From: an uncultured Candidatus Poseidoniales archaeon
GTDB lineage: Archaea; Thermoplasmatota; Poseidoniia; Poseidoniales; CAYMED01
NCBI GenBank assembly: GCA_964389655.1
Contig: CAYMED010000006.1
Coordinates: 29,896 to 93,895, forward strand
Direction: 5' to 3'
DNA: 64,000 bases
Below the pieces are notes generated by a model. That model was given only the letters and a program-made list of their open reading frames with translations. It searched no databases and was not told the DNA's origin. A program made the position numbers and the translations under genes. Positions 9,525 to 18,712 of this stretch are shown here, piece by piece (position 1 is the first letter of the stretch; every line of letters begins with the position of its first letter).

Positions 9525-12500
9525 GTGAGTGATATGTTTAGCATGCCAACTGGCAAAATTGTCCCACGAGACACTGATTTGTCGATTGAAGTAACACAAA
9601 TGCCATTTGACCACGGAGCAATTACTCATACAACCAATAGGGGGAGGAAGATAATTGCGCATCGGATTATTGCTGATGGAAAAGTTGTTGCTTGTATTGC
9701 AAATAGCGATTCAAAGACTGAAAATGTATATCTTGTTGGCGAGAGGGCAATAAGAAGGCTAACCCACATTGCACGTGATGGTAAACTTAATTCACGCGGT
9801 GTTATATGGACCCAAGCACAAGTTGAACTCGTACTTCGTAGGTTTCCCGACGCAATTATCGATAGAAGGAGGGTTCGGGGACTTGTCCTTGAAGATGACC
9901 CATTTTCGCACATAGAAGCAAGAGACCTAGCAGCACTAACGCGTGAAATCGCTGATAGGCCTGCGGTAATTGCTGCATTATCAGTAGAGTCAGGAATTGT
10001 AATCGAACATGCAGGAAGCCTCCCTCAATCCCCTGATGAAGCCGCTTCTGGGATTCAAGCCATGGTTGATGCATTTGATTCAGGGGTGGAAAAGGCACCC
10101 ATTGATGTTCCACGCACATATATAATTGGAGGTAATGAGGCCACAATTGCCTTATTACGCGAAGGAAGTGCTAGCCTCGTACTATGGGTTCAACCGGGAA
10201 TGGATCCATCTGCAATTCTAGCAAATGCGTCAGCAGTATTGAGAATGACCCCCCCACCAGTTGAAGATTTAGTAGAGTTGGAAAGTTTGCCAAAAGGGAT
10301 TGAAGTTACGAGGAAAAAAGGAGGTGTTGAATCACTTATCCGCCTTCTAGATCAAGCTGCAGAAATCGAGGTTTCAGGAGCAATTGTTGCAAGAACGCCA
10401 GAACGTAATGCTGTCAGCCTTCTACTCGTTGGAGGGGTCCCAAGGGCACTCCATGGAGCACAAGACCTAGAGACTGGGTTACAAAAAATGACGGATTCTG
10501 CTGCAAATTTGGTTATTGAAAGAATTGATGGGGTGGCACGTCTCGCACTAGTTGCAGAAACAAGTGAAAACTTTGATTTACAAAATCTTCTCGAAATGCT
10601 CCCCTCTACACGAACAAAACGTGAAGACAAGATTAAACTGAGGCGGGCTTTACTAGAAGAAATCATTGGTTTCCATGTAGGAATTGAGCGCCTTGATCGT
10701 GCCCGAACAAGTTGGAAACAAGCAGAATTGTCGGGATTGCCAGTAATGGTCCCAATGGAGCAAAATGATGGGGAAAAATCGCTTTTGATCGCTGATAAAA
10801 CCGAAGAAAAAGTGCGGCTGGAAGAAGAATTAGTTGGCCTAGAACGCACAGTAGCTCGCAAAGACCGGCGCCTGAACGAGGCATCTGCAACTCATACTCG
10901 TTTACGAGAGGAAACCGATGTCCTGCGAGATGAAATGGCATCATCTAAAGATAGAGCAATTCAATTAGAGCAAGAATTAGAATTAAGCAGGGCTGCTACA
11001 AAGCAGGCTGAAAGCGCTGAAGAAGAAGCACAAAAACGTAATGAGCGCTTGGCAAGGCGTGTTTCTGAGTTAGAATTAGCTGTCGCTGAACGTGTTGAAG
11101 AAGTCGCGAAGGCAATTGCTGGTGCGGGATCTGCCGAAGAATTGGGTCGGACAATTGACCGTATGGCGCGAGAGGAAGCAGAATTGCGAGCCGACGTTCG
11201 TGGACTTGAAGAAAACCTCAGAGACCTAACCTTAGCAAATGATTCTGCTGAGCGCCTGCATAGGGTGCTTGATGAACAAATAGAAAGTACAAGAAATCGG
11301 TTACGCGTATCTGGTGCCGAACTTGATGAAGCACTAGCCCGTTCGGATGGGGCAAGAGGAGATCTAGAAGTTCTAGAAGCAGAGATTGTAGCACTTCGAC
11401 GGAGACACGGGGATGAAATAAATGCAATACGTGACCTTGAAATAAGGTCCGCGCACATTCAGAATGATTTGCGCGATTTACTTGAACAAAGACGAGTACT
11501 CCTACGTGAAATCGGTGATATTGAAGCGAGGCGCAGTAGAGAGGGGGCTGAATTACGAAGCCTTATTGAAGAAAGTAAAAACATTACAGATGCTCATGAA
11601 GAAGCCTTGCGAGATATTTCAGAGGCTGAGAGGCTTCGAAGCAAACTTCTTGATGAGCCTTTGGGGCAAGCACTGCTTGGAGCAGATCATGGCTTTGCAG
11701 CACTATCTCCCGTCCTTCAGCGGATTGATGAGTCGCGTCAACGAGGATACAGCATTGTTTTGCTAGATAGAGCAGTAGAAAGAGGGCTTCGTGTAATTCA
11801 AGCAACAGTGGATGAGGTAGCAAGCACCCCCCGCAACCTTTTGGCACGTGAAGTGCTAGAACTTCTAGAAACGCAGGCGCCTGAAACTGCTGGTGCAGTA
11901 CGCGGCCTTACGCGATGGTCGGTGCAAAATAGGTTACAATATCGTCTAGGAGAATGTGTGCAGTTAGTTGTCCTAGAAATTGAGGCAATTCTGGATGAAT
12001 ATGACGAAGCAATCACGATGTTACGAAGATTGAATGGAGTTATTGCTGAATTAGCACGCCTCGGAACATCTGAAGATATTCTTCACCCCCTAGAAGGAGC
12101 AACACATCGCCCAGAAGTGCTACCCATTATCGCGCGTCGTGTCCGAGAGCATGTGCAACGTGCATTGGATCGAATATATCTCGACGCTGATCGACAAGAT
12201 CGAGGAGAATTGGCATTAGACCAAACAGCTGATGCACTTGAAGCATTAATCGATCTGATGGATGCCAGTGGATTAACTGGTGAAATTCCCCCAGGCAGAC
12301 TATGGTCATTTCAGAGGTCTGGAATCCTGTCCTTCGAAGAATTATCACTCACTGAGCGAGAAAGACCACCAGTAGACATAGACATGGTAGAAGACATGCG
12401 TCCATTTATCGAAGGATTAGATGAATCATCACTTGAAGGCGTACGTGAACGTGCTAATGATGTTGGTCAACAAGAAACACCACGCATTGTGAGTGAAAAT

Positions 12501-12812
12501 GAGGATTTGACGACACAGATTGATGACAATCACTTAAACGGATGGGATGACCTAGGCCCACCAGATGATCGATTAGGCGTCGATGATGCATCTATTGCTA
12601 TGCCAAAAGCACCTGTCTCAGCAATTGCATCTGCTGAAGAACTAGATGAACTTGCACAACTCGACTCTGAAATAGATCGGCTTGATCGTGAAGCAAAAGA
12701 TAGAGTTCAAGAAGCATTAATGATTGACGAGTTTGAAGAATTACAGGAGGAAGAGGATGCGGATGAAGCAGTTGAGAACCTACGTTCTGACCTTGAGGAC
12801 ATCGATCTCTAA
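9525..12812 (+). CDS. Multidomain protein: DUF2226-like, Roadblock/LC7, DUF2226-like, long coiled coil, helical domain, acidic tail
   Basis: 1095 aa; MPTG..GKVVAC..GERAI..QVELV..FPDA and LPKG..SGAI..LLVGGVP are DUF2226-like; aa ~135-240 Roadblock-like; heptad-rich aa ~420-710; no Walker A. Confidence 0.8.
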   Translation: MSDMFSMPTGKIVPRDTDLSIEVTQMPFDHGAITHTTNRGRKIIAHRIIADGKVVACIANSDSKTENVYLVGERAIRRLTHIARDGKLNSRGVIWTQAQVELVLRRFPDAIIDRRRVRGLVLEDDPFSHIEARDLAALTREIADRPAVIAALSVESGIVIEHAGSLPQSPDEAASGIQAMVDAFDSGVEKAPIDVPRTYIIGGNEATIALLREGSASLVLWVQPGMDPSAILANASAVLRMTPPPVEDLVELESLPKGIEVTRKKGGVESLIRLLDQAAEIEVSGAIVARTPERNAVSLLLVGGVPRALHGAQDLETGLQKMTDSAANLVIERIDGVARLALVAETSENFDLQNLLEMLPSTRTKREDKIKLRRALLEEIIGFHVGIERLDRARTSWKQAELSGLPVMVPMEQNDGEKSLLIADKTEEKVRLEEELVGLERTVARKDRRLNEASATHTRLREETDVLRDEMASSKDRAIQLEQELELSRAATKQAESAEEEAQKRNERLARRVSELELAVAERVEEVAKAIAGAGSAEELGRTIDRMAREEAELRADVRGLEENLRDLTLANDSAERLHRVLDEQIESTRNRLRVSGAELDEALARSDGARGDLEVLEAEIVALRRRHGDEINAIRDLEIRSAHIQNDLRDLLEQRRVLLREIGDIEARRSREGAELRSLIEESKNITDAHEEALRDISEAERLRSKLLDEPLGQALLGADHGFAALSPVLQRIDESRQRGYSIVLLDRAVERGLRVIQATVDEVASTPRNLLAREVLELLETQAPETAGAVRGLTRWSVQNRLQYRLGECVQLVVLEIEAILDEYDEAITMLRRLNGVIAELARLGTSEDILHPLEGATHRPEVLPIIARRVREHVQRALDRIYLDADRQDRGELALDQTADALEALIDLMDASGLTGEIPPGRLWSFQRSGILSFEELSLTERERPPVDIDMVEDMRPFIEGLDESSLEGVRERANDVGQQETPRIVSENEDLTTQIDDNHLNGWDDLGPPDDRLGVDDASIAMPKAPVSAIASAEELDELAQLDSEIDRLDREAKDRVQEALMIDEFEELQEEEDADEAVENLRSDLEDIDL

Positions 12813-14109
12813 CAGGACGAGGAAATGGATCATCCCCCCATTGCTAGTTGTTCTAGCGATCAATTCTGTTTCCGCAATTGATGCAGATCTTGATGGATTT
12901 GAGTCTAACCGTGATATGAATGATATGAAAGATATGATACATTCAATGCCAAAAAAAGGATGGGATTCATCAATTTGGGCCGGTTCTTATGAGCAAATTT
13001 CCTCGTTTAATTCGAGTATAAATTCCATCGAAATCGGTGATATAAATGAAGATGGATTTATGGATTTAGCTCTTGCAATGGATGGTTATGATGTTATCCT
13101 ACCTGGCAAAAAAGATGGTTTTACATCCACCCCAATTTGGATTTCAAAAGATGATTCCATCACCGCTGATTTATCTATTGGAGACATAAATGGGGATGGT
13201 TATTTGGACCTTGTCCGTACTCGATACAATGCACCAGTGGTTGCTCATTTATCGAATAATGGAAACCTGCCAATAGAGCCGTCTTGGACAGACCAGAGTG
13301 GAGGGAACATGGGAACATTTGTAGATCTCGTAGATGTGGACGGGGATCTAGACCTAGATCTGCTGCTCGGCTTTGACCTCCAGTTAGACCGCCTAGTTCT
13401 AAATGAGAACGGGACATTATCTAATGAGATAAGTTGGAGTTCTACCGATTCAATACGTACCCGCGCAATGGCTGTTGCGGATTTGGATGGCGATGGGGAC
13501 TTGGAATTGGCAATCGCGCATGAAGATGGACCATTGCGGGTATACACGATGAATGCGAGGGGTGAGTGGAATCTCTCATGGTCTTCAGAGATCAAACACC
13601 ATGCCAGGGACCTCGCTTTTGTACCTAAAAAGACAAATGAGGAAATTTACCTTTTTGCTGCCATTTCAGGAATTACGCACGGGTACCGGGTTGATCAAAA
13701 ACTAGGGCTTGCCTATGATGATAAATTCCATGCTCCCTCATCGGACACGTTGGCATTTAGCGTAGTGGACCTTGATGGTGATGGGATGTTGGAAATTATT
13801 GAAGCAAATGCGGGAGGCATGAGCATATTAGAAGTCAGAGACGAGGGACTGAGAATGGAGTGGCACAGCAATGACTTCCCTGCAAATGACATTGAATTGT
13901 TCGATTTAGGAAATGATGGGGACCTTGACCTCATTTGGGCCTCTGATGAAAGAATAATGCTGATGGAACAAAAGCCGAGGTATGTCGAGCGATTTATTGC
14001 AGCATCCCCTGTAATAATTATTCTAGGTTTAACAATCACAATGGCCTTCATCCTACACAAGCGGGAAACGAATAAACTGGTTAAGTACACAAAAACGAAA
14101 GAGAAATGA
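12793..14109 (+). CDS. FG-GAP/VCBS repeat beta-propeller membrane protein
   Basis: Six DxxxDGxxD/E-type repeats (GDINEDGFMDL, GDINGDGYLDL, VDVDGDLDLDL, ADLDGDGDLEL, VDLDGDGMLEI, FDLGNDGDLDL); TTG 12793 gives a good signal peptide; C-terminal TM plus basic tail. Confidence 0.88.
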   Translation: MRTSISNRTRKWIIPPLLVVLAINSVSAIDADLDGFESNRDMNDMKDMIHSMPKKGWDSSIWAGSYEQISSFNSSINSIEIGDINEDGFMDLALAMDGYDVILPGKKDGFTSTPIWISKDDSITADLSIGDINGDGYLDLVRTRYNAPVVAHLSNNGNLPIEPSWTDQSGGNMGTFVDLVDVDGDLDLDLLLGFDLQLDRLVLNENGTLSNEISWSSTDSIRTRAMAVADLDGDGDLELAIAHEDGPLRVYTMNARGEWNLSWSSEIKHHARDLAFVPKKTNEEIYLFAAISGITHGYRVDQKLGLAYDDKFHAPSSDTLAFSVVDLDGDGMLEIIEANAGGMSILEVRDEGLRMEWHSNDFPANDIELFDLGNDGDLDLIWASDERIMLMEQKPRYVERFIAASPVIIILGLTITMAFILHKRETNKLVKYTKTKEK

Positions 14110-14119
14110 ATGGCGTGAT

Positions 14120-14401
14120 TTGATGAAAAAGTACCCTTTGTGGATTGAAAGGTCGGTCCTATTAACATTGTTAGCAATGACTGCATTTGCTGTTGGCAAA
14201 GCAGGCACCATCTTTGCATCAATTGCAACTGGATGCGGGGGGGTTCTAGTATCTCTAGTCATCACCGAAGCGATTGGAAGAAGAATTTACTCCAATTCAG
14301 CGGCGCCGAATGGGATTCATTTTCTCGAGGAATCCAAAGACACTTTGCCAAGGAACAACGAAGCGGAGAAGTGCAGCGGCTGCGAAGAAGAGGAGGGCTG
14401 A
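14120..14401 (+). CDS. Possible small two-TM membrane protein
   Basis: Follows the FG-GAP gene by 10 nt and has two hydrophobic segments, but its 3' end overlaps the opposite-strand gene by 105 nt. Confidence 0.4.
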   Translation: MMKKYPLWIERSVLLTLLAMTAFAVGKAGTIFASIATGCGGVLVSLVITEAIGRRIYSNSAAPNGIHFLEESKDTLPRNNEAEKCSGCEEEEG

Positions 14402-15526
14402 AATCACTAGGCCATAAGTCAATTCCAATTCAAGCGACTCTCCAAGTTGCAATGACCATTGACTCATAGGTAAACTCGATTGAACAAGATCAAGAAGAAT
14501 TTCATTGAAGCGCATGGAGATCATAGCAGCAATGGCTGCTATTGAGAAAAATCCTACTGTGTGCCAAAGATGGCCTGTGATCAAATTATCAAATTGACGA
14601 ACATATTCTGGATCCTTCTTGCATGCTTCAGGAAGCTTAAATGCATAATCAAGATAGCGAACTGCGCCATATCCGGATTCAATATATATCAAAAAGAATA
14701 CTGCAAATAGAACTAACTTAAACTGCTGTTCCCCGGCTAATCCAAGGCCAAACAAGGATATGTGGCTTGGATTATCAACTTGGCTATTCAAAGGCTGAAT
14801 GGGGAGTGATTGCCCGTTTTGAGATATAAGTGCAGTGATGAAATCCCAAGTAATTAAGGCATGAATTGTAAGAAGAAGAAGAAGAATGATGAAAGCTGAG
14901 CGAATTGATGAGCGACGAAGGCCCCAGATCCCCCTTGTGCCCAACCATACAGGAAGTGTGTACACCAATAAAACAATGAATTGCACAAATAATAAGAGGG
15001 GCCAAATCAAAGTGAGAGCCTCTTCTTCGGTTGGAGGGCGAAAGTTAGCATTCCCAAACGGCCATTGAATCAATTCCCATAGCATCACAAGCCCATATCC
15101 CATCAACAAACGACCAAGTAACAATAATAGGATTGTTATCGCAGTTATCATTCGAATTCGGCGCTTCCTTTTTTCTGTTTGAAAGCCTTTGACAGCAAGT
15201 GCATACCCATATATGGCAGCAAAAATAACTGGTCCAAGAAAAACTCCTTTGCCAACACCATTCATGCCAGAAAGCCATGCTGGAAGGGGAAGGCTTCTCT
15301 CACTCCCATCAATTGTATCTGCTTGATCATCAATTGTTTGGAGAAGGGTTGTATGCCCCATGAGGTCTGCTTGAGGAATGATATAAAGATCAACAAATAT
15401 GACAAACATCCAAATTAGTGATGCGGTCGCTACGCCCTGCAAAAGGAGAATTTGCCATGCTCTTCGCGTTTTATTGATGTGGAGGGTACGAGTTCCCTCT
15501 TGTTGAAGTGAGACCTCCTCTGCCAT
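14297..15526 (-). CDS. Polytopic membrane protein associated with the DUF58/DUF4350 cluster
   Basis: 409 aa with about 8 hydrophobic helices; 1-nt gap to the DUF58 gene. Confidence 0.82.
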   Translation of the reverse strand: MAEEVSLQQEGTRTLHINKTRRAWQILLLQGVATASLIWMFVIFVDLYIIPQADLMGHTTLLQTIDDQADTIDGSERSLPLPAWLSGMNGVGKGVFLGPVIFAAIYGYALAVKGFQTEKRKRRIRMITAITILLLLLGRLLMGYGLVMLWELIQWPFGNANFRPPTEEEALTLIWPLLLFVQFIVLLVYTLPVWLGTRGIWGLRRSSIRSAFIILLLLLTIHALITWDFITALISQNGQSLPIQPLNSQVDNPSHISLFGLGLAGEQQFKLVLFAVFFLIYIESGYGAVRYLDYAFKLPEACKKDPEYVRQFDNLITGHLWHTVGFFSIAAIAAMISMRFNEILLDLVQSSLPMSQWSLQLGESLELELTYGLVISALLFFAAAALLRFVVPWQSVFGFLEKMNPIRRR

Positions 15527-15527
15527 A

Positions 15528-16793
15528 TCAATAACCCCTCACTTGAAGCAATGCCTGAGAAAGATCCATGTCGGGATGCCAATCAATTACATGAGCACCA
15601 AATCCCGAAAGTGCAGTGAGGCGGTTATCGCGTTCTACCTTCATGACTTCATAGGACATTCGGGGAATACGGCTAACAAGACGTTCAAGATCCATGCTAG
15701 AAGGAGAAAGAATTGTGATGTCATGTTCCCTACCCGCCAAATCACGAACAGCATGGGGTACGGTTCCATCACCCTCAAGGCTGCTAATTAGGAAAATAGG
15801 AGATCCTCGGCTAAATCTCGCAGCCAGTGCGTTGGTAACTGCTTGAAGAGGCATGTTACCGCGCGGAGCAACGCCTGCAAGGCTGGATAATATCTTGAAA
15901 TATTGCTTATCCCCTGTATCTGGAGGAAGATAAGATAAATGATCATCATATATTGCCATAGCAACACTATCCCTTCTTTTCACAAAAAATGAGGCAAGTG
16001 ATGCCGCTGCAACACTCCCCATTTCAAGAGGGTTCTTCAATACAGTTCCAATTCGAGTCACGTCTCGACTATCAAGGATTATGAACACGTCTGTAACTGC
16101 GTCTCGACATTTTTCATTCACCATTAATTTCCCTGCACGGGCATAGGCTTTCCAATTGATGTTCTTAAATGGGTCTCCTGGCACATATTCCCGTAATGCA
16201 TAGAATTCAGTCCCTGGGCCAGGGGAACGAAGAACTGTAGCACCAGTATACATTTTTGGAACGTTACTCTTCACTAGGGCTTCTTCAACATCCCGTACTT
16301 TAGGAAAGACAATCAAATCAGAGCGGTGGTCGATAAAGCGCTCACTGGTAAACAAATGAAATGTATTTCTAAAGCGAAGACTCGTTGGCCCAATGCTATA
16401 GTGCCCGCGCAAAGGACATCGCACAGCATAACGAATGGAAGCGGTTTCACCTGGCCCAAGGTTTAGGCGCATTTGATTCAAGCCACTTTTCAATTTCATC
16501 TCATGTGGTATATTATCATACAATTCTAGATGGTGGGTTCGACGAAGGGACCGGTTGGTAATGCGAAGTTCAATGTATAAGTCATCTCCCTTGTACAGAT
16601 TATCTGCGGAAAGTGAACGGAGAACTTCTACATCGCCATGTCCCGAAAGCCACGAATTAACTACAAGAAATGAAATAAGCATTAAACCAATGATCATGAA
16701 TTGCTGATTTGAAATCATCATCCCGATTAAAAGCAATGCAATGCCGGATGTAAGATAGAAAGATGCTTTACGGGTCCACATTGCTTCCACCAC
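15528..16793 (-). CDS. DUF58 (vWA-like, MoxR-associated) protein
   Basis: N-terminal TM pair; RGHYSIGP; G.EFYALREYVPGDPFKNINWKAYAR.GKLMVNE; vWA-like ILD strand. Confidence 0.93.
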   Translation of the reverse strand: MVEAMWTRKASFYLTSGIALLLIGMMISNQQFMIIGLMLISFLVVNSWLSGHGDVEVLRSLSADNLYKGDDLYIELRITNRSLRRTHHLELYDNIPHEMKLKSGLNQMRLNLGPGETASIRYAVRCPLRGHYSIGPTSLRFRNTFHLFTSERFIDHRSDLIVFPKVRDVEEALVKSNVPKMYTGATVLRSPGPGTEFYALREYVPGDPFKNINWKAYARAGKLMVNEKCRDAVTDVFIILDSRDVTRIGTVLKNPLEMGSVAAASLASFFVKRRDSVAMAIYDDHLSYLPPDTGDKQYFKILSSLAGVAPRGNMPLQAVTNALAARFSRGSPIFLISSLEGDGTVPHAVRDLAGREHDITILSPSSMDLERLVSRIPRMSYEVMKVERDNRLTALSGFGAHVIDWHPDMDLSQALLQVRGY

Positions 16794-16794
16794 C

Positions 16795-18390
16795 TCAGGT
16801 TTTTCCCCATGCTTTGATGCGTTTGACTATAGCTACTGTTTGTTCAATCGAATAATCTCGATCCTCAAATACGAATTTCGTCAGAATTGGGTCTTCAATC
16901 ATCGTCGCTAAATCACGTGCAGGGAGAAGGTCAAACTCATCTCTAGTCAGACCGTTATTGTTTCGGACTTTTGAAAGAAATGTCGCACGTATTTTGGGAG
17001 TTTTGGCATAATATCCATATCGGTGTGAGTCACCAAATCCGTAGTAAATCACACTGAAAACATGCCGCCAATCCTCGGGGTCTCGTTTACGAATCATGAC
17101 GGCTTCAAGTGCAACAAAAAGGGCAAGGAAAAGTAATAGCATGGCCGTTTTATCTGAAGTAAAATAGACCATCAAATAATAGATGAAATTATACGAGTCT
17201 GCTAAGCCAAGTGGTGCTGGTTGGGCGTGCCTACTTTCTTCAAAAATGACTTGAGCGCCTTCTGGAACTGCTAAAACATCAAGATGGGCACTTCCAACAT
17301 CTAATTGCGAGATATTACGCCCCTCGACCAAAAGAGATTCGGCGATGAAGTCTAAAGCCCATATTCGATTGTCATTCACGGGTATTTGGCCCCCGTATTT
17401 ACCGCTATTTTGGCCATAAATTGCGTTAATGAGGAGGGATCCATCTGAAAGGAAAAAGATGCGGCCGGCGTTAGGTTGACTGCAATTACCATCGCAGCCT
17501 TCTATATAAAGGTCAAAAGGACCTTGTTTGTCGACAACTTGGCCGGGAAGTTCTGATTCCAAGACCAATTGCCCATCACCATTTACATCAAGATATGATT
17601 CCTGAGATGATTGTCCAATTGGTTCCATCGTCAGGGCAGCTGTTGGTTCAGTAGGTAGAAAACCAGAGGGTGTATTGAGAAGGATGTGAAATTCAGCATT
17701 ATACTCAATTTCGTTTGTTGTCGAATTCCATCGGTGTCGGCATAAGCCAGCATCCTCGGCAGACGTGACTGAAACATTGCTCCATTTCACACATGGATGA
17801 CTGCCATGCCACCTTTCGTGACCCACGAGGCCATCTGTTCCCGAAATATTCTCTGTGAGGTTCATCCAAGTAAAATTTGAATCTAATTCATGGGCCCATT
17901 CTTCATCGAATAAGCGCTGGCCCGAATAATCTACTCCAAATGCCACACCTAAGCTTGAAGCAAAACCATAATCTTCCATAACCAGCACGCTCCCACCCCT
18001 AGCAACAAAGCCAATTATTGCATTTATCTCAGAAGTTGAGTAACCCTGTCCCCCAGACAATGAAGAAGTACTAATTCCTGTGCTCCCAAAAGAAGGGATG
18101 TCAACGGCATCTCGTTCAAGTCCTGCAATAATCACAACAGTATGGGATGGGTCATCCACATCTTCCAATAATAACGGACTTGAAACAAGAGATTTTGTGG
18201 GTATTCCAAGGTCATTTAGTTCTTCTCTAAATTCAGATAGATCATCCCAATCATCACCATAAGCAGAGAGTTGACTAGGAATCGGGCGAAGATAAGTACT
18301 CAGCAAGGAGCCAAGCAGTAAGAGGAGAGATGCATAAAACGCACCTACTATGATTATGCGTCGAAATCGGCGCCTTGAACGTCGAGCCAT
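16795..18390 (-). CDS. DUF4350-like (GATase/ABC-uncharacterised fold) membrane protein
   Basis: N-terminal TM; QLSAYGDDWDDLSEF; YSTSEINAIIGFVARGGSVLVMEDYG; GRIFFLSDGSLLIN; C-terminal TM. Confidence 0.8.
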   Translation of the reverse strand: MARRSRRRFRRIIIVGAFYASLLLLLGSLLSTYLRPIPSQLSAYGDDWDDLSEFREELNDLGIPTKSLVSSPLLLEDVDDPSHTVVIIAGLERDAVDIPSFGSTGISTSSLSGGQGYSTSEINAIIGFVARGGSVLVMEDYGFASSLGVAFGVDYSGQRLFDEEWAHELDSNFTWMNLTENISGTDGLVGHERWHGSHPCVKWSNVSVTSAEDAGLCRHRWNSTTNEIEYNAEFHILLNTPSGFLPTEPTAALTMEPIGQSSQESYLDVNGDGQLVLESELPGQVVDKQGPFDLYIEGCDGNCSQPNAGRIFFLSDGSLLINAIYGQNSGKYGGQIPVNDNRIWALDFIAESLLVEGRNISQLDVGSAHLDVLAVPEGAQVIFEESRHAQPAPLGLADSYNFIYYLMVYFTSDKTAMLLLFLALFVALEAVMIRKRDPEDWRHVFSVIYYGFGDSHRYGYYAKTPKIRATFLSKVRNNNGLTRDEFDLLPARDLATMIEDPILTKFVFEDRDYSIEQTVAIVKRIKAWGKT

Positions 18391-18457
18391 AGGATACCCT
18401 GCGTGAATGGTATTCTGCTCAGCAACTCGTTATCTTATCACCGTTCCGAGCGCGAGT

Positions 18458-18703
18458 TCATATGGAAAGATGGACATCTGTCTCTATTCGATCCACTTCT
18501 GCGGCTGGAACATGCGTTCTTCCGCCTTCAAACGGCCAGGGAAGCCTTTCAGGATCAATATCACCTGCAGGCAAGACTAGCAAGTCCACCACATGGCCGG
18601 TAGCCGGGTCGATACTGAAATCTTCAATCCGGCCCAATTCATCACCTGCAGCGTCAAGAACGCGGCGGCCAACGATCTCGGAACCAAATGTTGCTCGAAC
18701 CAA
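18458..18703 (-). CDS. PRC-barrel domain protein (CdpB-like)
   Basis: FGSEIVGRRVLDAAGDELGRIEDFSIDPATGHVVDLLV...VPAAEVDRIETDV; TTG start with GAGGGG upstream. Confidence 0.88.
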   Translation of the reverse strand: MVRATFGSEIVGRRVLDAAGDELGRIEDFSIDPATGHVVDLLVLPAGDIDPERLPWPFEGGRTHVPAAEVDRIETDVHLSI

Positions 18704-18712
18704 AGGTGCCCC

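Noticed and set aside
9525-12812. SMC/Rad50 chromosome segregation ATPase call for the coiled-coil protein
   Set aside because: No Walker A/B, ABC signature, hinge or zinc hook is visible
12825-12845. Frameshift or phase variation at a C6 run joining ATG 12825 to the FG-GAP frame
   Set aside because: In-frame TTG 12793 already gives a complete signal peptide with a basic n-region
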